From positions 124,001 to 188,000 of IMG/VR virus record IMGVR_UViG_3300028045_000001: 64,000 nucleotides of DNA; one strand, given 5' to 3'. Position numbers and translations under genes: made by a program. Below the pieces are notes generated by a model. That model saw nothing but the letters and a program-made list of their open reading frames with translations, searched no databases and had not been told where the DNA came from. This document shows, in pieces, positions 9,884 to 19,397 of this stretch (within the stretch, counting starts at the first letter, position 1; each line of letters opens with the position of its first letter).

Positions 9884-10017
9884 GCACAGGTAGGAGTATG
9901 ATCCAAGTAAGGTAATTTTAATTACTACGCGTACATAAATGCATTATATTTATTGGGGGGTTTAGGTATCCAAATTAAAAAATAGGATGGTTGTACATTA
10001 TATGCGGATCCTAAGGA

Positions 10018-12321
10018 ATGAGAAACGTTAATGTAATTTTAAACAGAGGGAAGGTTGTCAAAATGAGGGATAACTACTACGAAGAAACTTTTAATGCGAA
10101 TATGATTGAATTGGAGAGGAGCGGGGATGGGAATGTCAAAGCTATACGAAACATTTTCAAGGTCATGCACGAAAAAATAATAGCTCTGGAGCGCCGGCCA
10201 CACGTGGAGACGTTAACTGCAACTGCTTGCTCAGATACGGCGGAAATAAATAAACGAGTTAGTAAGATAGAAGAGAGTACCTATGAAATACATGAAAAAT
10301 TAAATGACATATCCTCTGTACTAATCGAGCATTGCAATAAGCCTGAGGCCACTATCAGCGAGGAGGTCATAAATCAACAGACCACGGCTATCTTAGATAG
10401 AATAAACCAGAATGATTCCGAAATAATGCCAGGTTACCTTAAACAAATATCTGATTTAGTGTACGAGAGTTTTACAGTGATTTCAAATGAAATGAAACAA
10501 ACCAATCTTGCCACAATTGAGGTCATGTTAGACGCAGCGAAAGTTAGAATACCTCCGGAAACAATGACCATAGTTGATAAAAGATTAAAAGACCTTGCGG
10601 ACGCTGTCGCAAACATGTCCGGAGTATCAGATATGCTAAGGAAGGATAACTACGATTCACAGGCGCACCTCTCGCGTGTATTTTCAGAATTTACTAAGCG
10701 GTTATCCGAGGTCATTTGCAGTATACCAACGCAGGATACCGCAGCAGTCGAACTTGGAAGTGTGGTCGCTACTGAAGATAGTCGCAATGATACCGTCTAT
10801 GAAGTAACACCTTCAAGTAACAATGGTGATGGGGAATACAATCACTCTGTAGATGAATTACTTGAAGATGCGGAAGAGATCCTCGAAGTAGACAATAGTC
10901 CCAATTTGGAAGATACTATTGTAGAAATGGAGGACGCGGATGATGTGGATATCGAGGAGAATGAAGAGATTGACGCAGAGCCGGAACCAGAAAGAGTTTA
11001 TGATAATTTAACGGACACCGAGACAGCTTCGCTTATTTCTGGAGATGTGGAGGATGTAGAGGATATACGCATAATGGAGGAACGAGCTTCGCTGCAGCAG
11101 ACAATCAATGGAATAGATCGAGACATACGCTCGGTGAAAAACAACCTTACTGATATTGTATTTGCTGTCGGGAAGTCGAGCGACCCCTCAGCTATTTTCT
11201 CATTTATGAGGGAGACATTCGGGTATAAGGACAAAATTACAGATGTGTTCAGGAAGGCCAATGAGGTGTTCGCTTTAGTGGTCGAGTATATGAAATCGGC
11301 TGATGCTACTGTATCAGAGAACGTTATCTTTAATAAGGCAGTAGATAGATTAAACAGCGATGCAAGGTCGCTCGTTGCAAAGTATAATGAAAGTTTGCGA
11401 ACATGCAACAAAGCGTTCTCTACCTACATGGACACACAATCTTACATCGGCCCAAATGAAGCCGCTAATGTATTGAGCGAGATCTGTGATGAAATTCAAA
11501 TCATTATAAATGAGAATAATAAACAAACTGGTAACATCGACAGTAAAAAGGATTATAAAAACTGTATAGCTCATATAGCTAAGAGCGCCAATAATTATTA
11601 TAACCAAGTGCGACTCGGACTAAAAGGTATATCCGATGAAGAATTGGAAAATTCCAATATAGTTGTCCCATTGGAATACTTCCAGTACATGTACAAATTT
11701 TTCGTATCAGAGGTACAGGATCCTGGAGCGAATGATGCATTCATAAATTACGATGACGCCACAGGAACGTTCATGTATTCGGATAGACTCCCAATAGCTT
11801 CATATGAAGATGAAGATGCACTATACCTAGAAATAGTAGAAAACTTCAGTAATCTTGATCTTGATGATTCACAGATTCCTGGACAATTGCAGGGGTTGAA
11901 AGATGTTAACGAAGATTGGTTTCGTGTGCAAACTTTTCGTACCTTTGCTGATGAACTTAAATTCTTTGAACCTGAGGAACTTAGACGAAAACTCGCTGCT
12001 TATTCTGATAATTCTCCTACAGAGATTGACCATTCTAATTTCATACGCATATACGATGTAGCGGCAACTAACCGTAATGAAAATAAACTTAGTTATGAGT
12101 TGATCCCTTTGTTACTTGGCGACAATGTTCAACATGAGATAATGACGATAGCATATAGAACATATACGGAGTACAAAGAAGTATTGAAGGAGTTTGGGAA
12201 AAGGTTTGCCGCTGCCGTCCATGTTGCCCAATCCCAGAATCTTGAAGTATTGGATGAAATAGGACTAAGGGAACTATTGGAAGGGGTTGAACAAGAAATC
12301 GATGATTGTTTGGAGGGATGA
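10018..12321 (+). CDS. large acidic, helical hypothetical protein
   Basis: 767-aa ORF with helical/coiled-coil character and a D/E-rich central linker. Confidence 0.75.
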   Translation: MRNVNVILNRGKVVKMRDNYYEETFNANMIELERSGDGNVKAIRNIFKVMHEKIIALERRPHVETLTATACSDTAEINKRVSKIEESTYEIHEKLNDISSVLIEHCNKPEATISEEVINQQTTAILDRINQNDSEIMPGYLKQISDLVYESFTVISNEMKQTNLATIEVMLDAAKVRIPPETMTIVDKRLKDLADAVANMSGVSDMLRKDNYDSQAHLSRVFSEFTKRLSEVICSIPTQDTAAVELGSVVATEDSRNDTVYEVTPSSNNGDGEYNHSVDELLEDAEEILEVDNSPNLEDTIVEMEDADDVDIEENEEIDAEPEPERVYDNLTDTETASLISGDVEDVEDIRIMEERASLQQTINGIDRDIRSVKNNLTDIVFAVGKSSDPSAIFSFMRETFGYKDKITDVFRKANEVFALVVEYMKSADATVSENVIFNKAVDRLNSDARSLVAKYNESLRTCNKAFSTYMDTQSYIGPNEAANVLSEICDEIQIIINENNKQTGNIDSKKDYKNCIAHIAKSANNYYNQVRLGLKGISDEELENSNIVVPLEYFQYMYKFFVSEVQDPGANDAFINYDDATGTFMYSDRLPIASYEDEDALYLEIVENFSNLDLDDSQIPGQLQGLKDVNEDWFRVQTFRTFADELKFFEPEELRRKLAAYSDNSPTEIDHSNFIRIYDVAATNRNENKLSYELIPLLLGDNVQHEIMTIAYRTYTEYKEVLKEFGKRFAAAVHVAQSQNLEVLDEIGLRELLEGVEQEIDDCLEG

Positions 12322-12325
12322 TACA

Positions 12326-12610
12326 ATGGAACTTAAGGATATACTTGATATGGATTGTCCAAAACTTGTCACAGAAGTGACGGCCTTAATGTTTATTCAT
12401 GAGAGTTATTTCGTTGAGTTCCATTACACTTGTGACAGTTTTCTCAATCGTTCATTATATTTTCATATGTGGCCGAGAGACTGTAGTAAAAAAGATGGTC
12501 CCAAATTTTATATCTCTAATGGGAAGCTACATACACAATTTGAAGGATTTTGTGACCGATCCAAATTTTTAAGAATGAGGAGATTACTTAAAACACAACT
12601 ATCTAAATAA
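12326..12610 (+). CDS. hypothetical protein
   Basis: GGAGG RBS before ATG 12326 (ORF track start 12287 overlaps the upstream gene). Confidence 0.55.
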   Translation: MELKDILDMDCPKLVTEVTALMFIHESYFVEFHYTCDSFLNRSLYFHMWPRDCSKKDGPKFYISNGKLHTQFEGFCDRSKFLRMRRLLKTQLSK

Positions 12611-12635
12611 AAATTAGAAGTTAGGAAGGAGTCTA

Positions 12636-13070
12636 ATGGAAACTATAAATGAGTTTAAGGGGAATTGGGCATTCCTAAGTAATTTCTACTATGCGCATTT
12701 TTATGTAGATGAGATTGGGTACGCCACTATGGAGCATTGGTATCAATCACATAAGACTGAATGTATGCTTGAAAGGGCAGCGATAGTGGCTGCCCTTTCA
12801 CCATATAAAGCCAAACAGTTTGGAAGAAAGGCAACACTGATTCCTAACTTCGATAGCGTAAAAGATGAAATAATGTTATCGGGCCTTTTGTATAAATTTA
12901 AAACCTTGTCAGAACTTAGCAAACGTTTGATTGATACTGGAGATACCAAGCTAATTGAAGGTAATTATTGGAATGACACTTACTGGGGAGTTTGCTTAAA
13001 AACTGGGAAAGGCGAAAATAAACTAGGTGAGCTACTAATGAAAGTTAGAGATACATTAAAATCTAATTAA
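12636..13070 (+). CDS. NADAR family protein (YbiA/DUF1768)
   Basis: FLSNFY, EHWYQSHK, AKQFGRK, LIEGNYWNDTYWGV, GENKLGELLMKVR signature. Confidence 0.92.
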   Translation: METINEFKGNWAFLSNFYYAHFYVDEIGYATMEHWYQSHKTECMLERAAIVAALSPYKAKQFGRKATLIPNFDSVKDEIMLSGLLYKFKTLSELSKRLIDTGDTKLIEGNYWNDTYWGVCLKTGKGENKLGELLMKVRDTLKSN

Positions 13071-13095
13071 TTTATACGATGGATACACAGGTTAT

Positions 13096-14412
13096 GTGTA
13101 TCCATCGTATAGCACAAAAAAAGGATATGTAACTGTGGGCGATAATACGAAAGGAGTGATTATAGTTAAGGGTTCACCGACTTCTGGAAAAGATACTGTT
13201 GTACGTTTATTAAAGAATAGTTTACGCATCGATTCAACCACATCAATGCAGAGAGTCAATGACGAGGTTGAAGCGCAATTTGGATATGGTGCCGATGAAA
13301 GACATCCCGCAGTCCGTGAGTATAAGGCGGCTTTAAAGAGGATGCTCGTATACGTCAACGACTGGCCCACAAAAGACGCTATTGAATTTATCCAGAAGAG
13401 TGCAGCACAATATGTCACAGTTATGATACATGAGAAGACAGAGATACTTAAACTAATGTTGGAGTGTAGGACACTCGGCATCAAATGTATTTTTTTATAT
13501 GTAGATAATGTGATAGATTGGGACTCCAATAATGTTGACGAAACGAAAGCCATTGCGGACATTGTCATTGAGACCTCTGGAACTATGGAAGACTTGATAA
13601 ATTCTATTCCTCCTAAAGTAAAGGAGATAGAGGAGCTATTTGAAGATTCGACTGTATCTCGAGCTTACAACCAGTTGCCCATTCGGGACCTTATATCGCC
13701 ACATTACCAAATTAAAAAATCATATTCCCATAGACTTCCAAAATTTGGAGCTGTGCCAAAATATCCAGATGAGGATGTACTATGCATCCAAACTAAAGAT
13801 ATTGACGCCGTGCTACAACCCGATGTATGGCCAAACGAGTATGTCATCGGATCATACAACCTCTTGAACACAATAGACTCATTGCCACACTCATATATAA
13901 ACAGACAAATATGTGAAGAGGATTCCCATTGGACACAGGTAATACCGTACATATTAATCAAGAATAAGGATAATTATTTTTTCTCCTACGCACGTAATGG
14001 AAATGAAACAAGACTCACTGGGCAACGTGGGATAGGAGTAGGTGGACATGTTGCTAAAGAAGACGGCGGTATTATAGAGAGTATTCTTAGAGAAGTAACA
14101 GAGGAGTTGGGATATGTCCCGATGTTTAATGCGCTTCGATACTGTGGTTATGTTAAAGATAACCGAACCGAAGTTAGCTCTAAGCATTTAGGATTAATTT
14201 TTATTCTAACCTTGAGTGGTCCTTTAAATGCAACAAACATTTCTTCAGAGATATCTAATGAAATTGGTTGGATAAGAATTAAAGAGGCGCGGGATGAGAA
14301 GTATGAATCGTGGGCTAGGATCATCGCCTCCAATCTTGTTGTACTTGCCGACCACCCGGCTGTTCCAGAAGGAGGCTTTGGAAAAGACAGTTATTCTACG
14401 CCGATTGCATGA
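13096..14412 (+). CDS. fused P-loop kinase-like / Nudix hydrolase protein
   Basis: N-terminal IIVKGSPTSGKDT Walker A; C-terminal QVIPY...RL...GIGVGGHV...ILREVTEELG Nudix box. Confidence 0.75.
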   Translation: MYPSYSTKKGYVTVGDNTKGVIIVKGSPTSGKDTVVRLLKNSLRIDSTTSMQRVNDEVEAQFGYGADERHPAVREYKAALKRMLVYVNDWPTKDAIEFIQKSAAQYVTVMIHEKTEILKLMLECRTLGIKCIFLYVDNVIDWDSNNVDETKAIADIVIETSGTMEDLINSIPPKVKEIEELFEDSTVSRAYNQLPIRDLISPHYQIKKSYSHRLPKFGAVPKYPDEDVLCIQTKDIDAVLQPDVWPNEYVIGSYNLLNTIDSLPHSYINRQICEEDSHWTQVIPYILIKNKDNYFFSYARNGNETRLTGQRGIGVGGHVAKEDGGIIESILREVTEELGYVPMFNALRYCGYVKDNRTEVSSKHLGLIFILTLSGPLNATNISSEISNEIGWIRIKEARDEKYESWARIIASNLVVLADHPAVPEGGFGKDSYSTPIA

Positions 14413-14545
14413 GCTCGAAGCCCCACCATCATCAACGCATATTGAACAACATAGGCCGGGCCAATATAAAAAGATATAATTTTTAAACAATCTCTCCTAT
14501 GGCTGTGTTCTAAACACAGCCATAGTTTATAACAATAGGATACAT

Positions 14546-14917
14546 ATGATACTTAGAACTTCCTACTTTGCTAATTTGAAAGTAATACAAAGTATACATG
14601 AAACTGTGCCATTATGTATAAGTATAATCAAGCCAAGGTGGTTAGATGGTTCAATATTACAATATAAGCAGCTGGCTCCTACATGGGAGTTAGTCAACGA
14701 TCTAAAGAATAATAGAATAACGGAAAAGGGGTACACTACTATATATGAGCAAATGTTGGACAAGTTAGATCCCCATGAAATCAGTAAGGAGTTCATGGAA
14801 ATGGGTAACGACATAACGCTATTGTGTTATGAAAAGTCTGGATTCTGTCACAGAAAAATAGCTGGTACTTTCTTGTTTGAAGGAAGTCCTTTAATAACAA
14901 AACTTATAAGGGGGTAG
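14546..14917 (+). CDS. DUF488-like protein
   Basis: TSYFAN...ISIIKPRW...LAPTWELV...LDKLDP...LLCYEKSGFCHRK pattern typical of phage DUF488 proteins. Confidence 0.7.
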   Translation: MILRTSYFANLKVIQSIHETVPLCISIIKPRWLDGSILQYKQLAPTWELVNDLKNNRITEKGYTTIYEQMLDKLDPHEISKEFMEMGNDITLLCYEKSGFCHRKIAGTFLFEGSPLITKLIRG

Positions 14918-14921
14918 GAAG

Positions 14922-15548
14922 ATGAACTCAATGCATTTCGTATTAATTATGGTTATTTGTATTTACACTTGTTTTCAAACTGTATACATTCGGGCTGATA
15001 TGGGGAACACGCAGCCAGCCATCACTCGTTCAGATGAAATTATATTTAAACTAGAACCCATCATAGAGTTTGAAAATTATTACAAAAGAGAGTACGATAA
15101 AAGAGCAATTTCTAAGTCAGTAAACTTTATAATGAAGGTTGAAGGATTTAGAAATAAACCCTATTACGATGTAGCTGGTTGGACAATAGGATATGGACAT
15201 CATAGAAAAAAGAAAACCGACTTACCAAATGAGATAACTGAGATAGAGGCACTTAAGTTATTACATCAAGATGTTTGGGATGTATACTTTTTTATTGATG
15301 GGTTAGTCAAAGTGCCACTTGAAATAGAACAGAAAGTTGCATTGGTTTCATTTGCTTTCAATGTAGGCAAGCACGGATTTAAACGTAGTAGTTTATTACA
15401 AAAAGTCAATGATATGAATTTTGAAGATATACCTGGACAATTAAGTAAGTGGGTACATATACGAGGGGAGAGTAACAAGAAAATTGTCTGCAAGGGGTTG
15501 GTCAATCGGCGAGATAAAGAAGGAGCTATGTGGGAGATGGCATTATAA
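14922..15548 (+). CDS. GH24 (T4-type) lysozyme / endolysin with N-terminal hydrophobic anchor
   Basis: EGFRNKPYYDVAGWTIGYGH catalytic region, ALVSFAFNVG, SSLLQKVN, GLVNRR; hydrophobic residues 5-23. Confidence 0.9.
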   Translation: MNSMHFVLIMVICIYTCFQTVYIRADMGNTQPAITRSDEIIFKLEPIIEFENYYKREYDKRAISKSVNFIMKVEGFRNKPYYDVAGWTIGYGHHRKKKTDLPNEITEIEALKLLHQDVWDVYFFIDGLVKVPLEIEQKVALVSFAFNVGKHGFKRSSLLQKVNDMNFEDIPGQLSKWVHIRGESNKKIVCKGLVNRRDKEGAMWEMAL

Positions 15549-15602
15549 AAGGTGCGCAATACACATCATATATGTCAACTTATCTCATGGAAAATTTAGT
15601 TA

Positions 15603-15610
15603 TATATTAC
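15603..15610 (+). promoter_or_regulatory. early promoter core
   Basis: TATATTAC in the intergenic region upstream of 15658. Confidence 0.55.
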
Positions 15611-15657
15611 CTATGAGAATAATGAAAAACTATAAACCAATTTTTGGAGGATGATAT

Positions 15658-16311
15658 ATGAAAGTAGCGAGTATGATCAAGTTAGCTAGCGGCATGCAAC
15701 CATCACTTGGTCAACTGATTAATTCTAACGCTGATCCGGAATTATTAAATAGAATTAATCAAGAGGCAAGTGCCAATGCGGGGGGAATAGTTTTCGGGGA
15801 TTCGTCTGACCCGTACGCGCACAAATACAATAGGTTCATGGAAAAGGTAATAATGCCAATGCAAGAAATAGGTGAGGCTATAAAAGGTACAGTAGAAAAC
15901 CTAGATGCCTACCAAACTAATTATGTTAGGGTAGCCTCAGCATTGAGTTTAAACAATATTCCAGATGAAACAAAAGAAGTTATATTGACCCATCCAACAA
16001 TATATAAGCAGTTTAAGGACGGGAAGATTTCTGATTGGGGGATCAAGAACCCTAAGAACCTACAAGCAGCAAGTGAAGTATACGATCGAGTATATAAGCG
16101 CAATCAGACACACATCATAATGAACGCAGAGGATGAGGTTGTAATAGAATGGGAGTGGCTTTCTACTGATCCGGAATTTAGTGATAAGGAAGAAGAGGCT
16201 ATAACCAAGACCAGGGAATTTGTCGATGAGTTTTTATGGGGCGAGTCCACAAAAAATATAGATATAACAAATTACCCGGAAGAGATAAATGAAGGGAAGT
16301 TAAAAGAATAG
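15658..16311 (+). CDS. conserved phiKZ-like hypothetical protein (core block upstream of SbcD)
   Basis: 217 aa, GGAGG RBS; position matches the conserved block before SbcD in phiKZ-like phages. Confidence 0.55.
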   Translation: MKVASMIKLASGMQPSLGQLINSNADPELLNRINQEASANAGGIVFGDSSDPYAHKYNRFMEKVIMPMQEIGEAIKGTVENLDAYQTNYVRVASALSLNNIPDETKEVILTHPTIYKQFKDGKISDWGIKNPKNLQAASEVYDRVYKRNQTHIIMNAEDEVVIEWEWLSTDPEFSDKEEEAITKTREFVDEFLWGESTKNIDITNYPEEINEGKLKE

Positions 16312-16323
16312 AGGAGAGCCGAC

Positions 16324-18327
16324 ATGAAGACGAGGCGTAAGAAAGGTACTGGGAGAAATAAAACCCTTGTTAAGCGCAATAAAAAAACTGCGGCGCACTT
16401 GGCGGCAGCGAACGAGGCCGTCGAGCTTGCTAAAAAAGAACTCGATTCTCAACCAACCGACGAGGAAGTGTTCGAGAAATTGGTCGAACGCTTCCTGTCC
16501 AAATTTACTGAAGAACTACGTTTAGACGCAATTAAAGTGGACGGTGCCGCTGCGCTCGCACAATCCCTGCTTGATAAATTACCTGGCACGCTTTCAACAG
16601 ATCCCATTAGAGGCCAGCTCCCTAAAAAAGAAATTGATTCCCAGCCAACCGAGGATGAACTACTCGAAGGATTGGCCGAACGCATGATGCTCAAAATTGG
16701 GTTCGGTGCGAACGAACACGCGTATCTCGAATTGGTGGAAACCATGAAAGAAGGCTGGACATCAATGGTCGATAAAAGTATGAAAGAAGACCCGGAGCCA
16801 GTTCCCGACAGATCTACACACGTGCAATCCCTAATCAAGAGAACACATGATAGATTTGAACTCTCTACCGCTCACATTAGAAACGAGCATGCCAAACATA
16901 TCGATGCATCCGACGAGTATCCAAATCTTATTGCATTTATGACCCTGTGCGAGGTTGGGGGGATGCCCATCCCGTCTAAGCTTTATGCTTCAATAAAGCT
17001 TAGACTTAAAAACCGCACTGTAGGAGCACATCAATATGGACACGCTGACCATACGGTGAGTCTGTCCCCTGAATTAAAATCATTTCATAAATACCGCAGT
17101 AGTCGAATTTTACATGAGATTGATAAATACTTTGAATTATATACGCTTAGCCACATCTTGTATCATAAAGTAAGTGGAGTCAAAGTCCACCTTTATTACA
17201 AAGGAGGGGTCCTACAGAAGGCCTTAATACCAGATGTTCATGGCACGCCAAACCTCAAGTGTATGACCGAGAACGAATACAATGCATTCGATGTCACTCC
17301 AACCTTTCTGCGAACCGTCATTGGCTATCCTCTCACAATACCCGAATCGACCCGATCACTTGTGGTTGTCGGAATTGCAACATTGCCCAGACAAGAGGAT
17401 GAAGATGGCGAGTACGTTGCCCCCTTTTCGCATGCATCGTATTCAACAAGAACTAAGTATGTGAAAGATGTCTTACTTAGTGATGATTATGACAGCGAGG
17501 AGTTATGCTCGGATATGCATTTTATTCCATATAATTTTTATGTGGATGGACAGCCGCAAAATACACATGAATTTTGGTCAGTCAATCTTTTTGAGACGCT
17601 AGGGAGAGAATACAAGTTCCCATTTAGACCAATTGTGAAAATAGTTACCTCTAAAGGATGTATCGATATAACATTTACGGCAGACTCTTTACTGATCAAG
17701 GCTGCAGGGGACTGCAATGTAGTCGATCCAGGTTTTACACCCAAGCAACTATATAAGCGCATTATAGAAGAAATACATGATCTCGATGCGTGCCAATATG
17801 ATTGCGATGGGATCGTGTTAACATTAAATTCCTTTTCGCACAGAGATCATGTTAATGCTTCCGAGCTAGGTCTATGGCCTACTCCAGATTCTGGTCCTAT
17901 TCGAACACCCTCATATGAGATCGCCATAGAGGATGGTGGCCCAGTAAGAGATACATTTGTAAATGCTGTGTCATGGAAACGAGGAATATTAAATACAATA
18001 GTCCCAGTAGTTCATGTGAAGCCCGTTAAAATAGACAATGAAGTTGTGAGTGCGGTTCACTTTAAAACCATATTTAATTTTAAGTACGCCAATTTAACGA
18101 TAAACTCCAAGGTACAAATTTTCTTACCCGCATACGGGGAGCCAAGGTTACGGAGAGTATACGATACTGACTTCTTTAGTCCACCTAAGGAGGATAGAAA
18201 AATAGAACTACCGACCTCTTGTCCCAGGTGTCGGGGAAGCGTAAAGAATGATCCGCCTCTTTTACTGTGTGTAAATTACTGTAAATCAAAAATGAAAAGA
18301 TCTGATATCAAAGTCTGCAGGTTTTGA
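16324..18327 (+). CDS. degenerate NAD-dependent DNA ligase (LigA)-like protein: adenylation + OB + Zn finger, no HhH/BRCT
   Basis: HKVSGVKVHLYYKGGVLQKA (motif I region), DGIVL (motif IV), WKRG...IVPVVHVKPVKID..VVS (OB fold), LPTSCPRCRG...LLCVNYC (Zn finger). Confidence 0.7.
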   Translation: MKTRRKKGTGRNKTLVKRNKKTAAHLAAANEAVELAKKELDSQPTDEEVFEKLVERFLSKFTEELRLDAIKVDGAAALAQSLLDKLPGTLSTDPIRGQLPKKEIDSQPTEDELLEGLAERMMLKIGFGANEHAYLELVETMKEGWTSMVDKSMKEDPEPVPDRSTHVQSLIKRTHDRFELSTAHIRNEHAKHIDASDEYPNLIAFMTLCEVGGMPIPSKLYASIKLRLKNRTVGAHQYGHADHTVSLSPELKSFHKYRSSRILHEIDKYFELYTLSHILYHKVSGVKVHLYYKGGVLQKALIPDVHGTPNLKCMTENEYNAFDVTPTFLRTVIGYPLTIPESTRSLVVVGIATLPRQEDEDGEYVAPFSHASYSTRTKYVKDVLLSDDYDSEELCSDMHFIPYNFYVDGQPQNTHEFWSVNLFETLGREYKFPFRPIVKIVTSKGCIDITFTADSLLIKAAGDCNVVDPGFTPKQLYKRIIEEIHDLDACQYDCDGIVLTLNSFSHRDHVNASELGLWPTPDSGPIRTPSYEIAIEDGGPVRDTFVNAVSWKRGILNTIVPVVHVKPVKIDNEVVSAVHFKTIFNFKYANLTINSKVQIFLPAYGEPRLRRVYDTDFFSPPKEDRKIELPTSCPRCRGSVKNDPPLLLCVNYCKSKMKRSDIKVCRF

Positions 18328-18398
18328 TTTAATGTATGGGCTGTGGGGTATCTATGATACCCCACAAACTTACCTTTATTTTTTTTTTGGAGAAGAGC

Positions 18399-18797
18399 AT
18401 GTCAAATGATACTATAGGTCTAACCTTACACGCTGAAACAAGCGCACAAATAATAGAAGATGATTCTCTTAAAATAGCATCCATGTTAAAGTGTATTTTT
18501 AAAAAACCGGGATTCGTGTCAATAAATAAAGATAGTAACGTATCATTTATTGACATGGTAACTCTATGCGGTCCAGACCATAACAAGTTAAGTAACATGT
18601 TACTTGAAGCACTATCCAAGATATGTACTAAACTGTTGCCAGACACTGGTGCCGAGGTCAGCGTCGATATAAAAGAAGCAGATGAATTAGACTCATTTAC
18701 TGTAATAATAAACATAAAAAACAACGCAGGAATGGATGTCGTAAAATCTGCAGATGTGGAGAACGTCAATGGAATATTTAAAGTAATTTATACCTAA
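18399..18797 (+). CDS. conserved phiKZ-like hypothetical protein
   Basis: GGAGAAGAG before ATG 18399; precedes SbcD in the core block. Confidence 0.6.
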   Translation: MSNDTIGLTLHAETSAQIIEDDSLKIASMLKCIFKKPGFVSINKDSNVSFIDMVTLCGPDHNKLSNMLLEALSKICTKLLPDTGAEVSVDIKEADELDSFTVIINIKNNAGMDVVKSADVENVNGIFKVIYT

Positions 18798-18808
18798 GGG
18801 GGAGCAAA

Positions 18809-19396
18809 ATGTCCGATGATACAAGTAACCAACCTGATCCGTCGCAAACAGATCCTATAGCAATAGAATCAAAAAAACAATATGATCTATTAATGGCGGA
18901 TACGAAAGTTCGCAACACTGTCGGCCTATTCGAGTTCTCAAGATACATAGGTTTGTTTAACGAGGGGTATGTGAAAAGTTTAACAACCAATCAACGATAC
19001 GAACTTGGGAGGGAATTCACTACTCGATTTTCTAGATTTCATCCAATCACAATCATCAATGATAATGATGAGTCTGACACTTACACCATCCCAGCGCAGT
19101 TCTGCTCTATACCGCTGTTGAATGAATCACAAGAGGCAGTAGATACAGATGTGATTGGTAGATTCGAGGTAGCTGCTGAATCCACCAATCAGTTTGGCAG
19201 TAACCTTGAGTCAGTTGTAGCTGAGCTACTACGAATGTATAGAGAGATTGGTGGGACCGCTAAAGTAGTTGAGGAAAATATGAATTACCATGAGCAAGTG
19301 GCCATGCTCAATAAATTGGCAAATGGAGAGAAAATCCCTGACCCAATTGTCAAAGAAAAAGAAAGTAAGGAGCCATCTATGCGGGACATGTTGTAG
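18809..19396 (+). CDS. conserved phiKZ-like hypothetical protein
   Basis: GGGGGAG RBS; stop one base before the SbcD ATG. Confidence 0.65.
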   Translation: MSDDTSNQPDPSQTDPIAIESKKQYDLLMADTKVRNTVGLFEFSRYIGLFNEGYVKSLTTNQRYELGREFTTRFSRFHPITIINDNDESDTYTIPAQFCSIPLLNESQEAVDTDVIGRFEVAAESTNQFGSNLESVVAELLRMYREIGGTAKVVEENMNYHEQVAMLNKLANGEKIPDPIVKEKESKEPSMRDML

Positions 19397-19397
19397 T

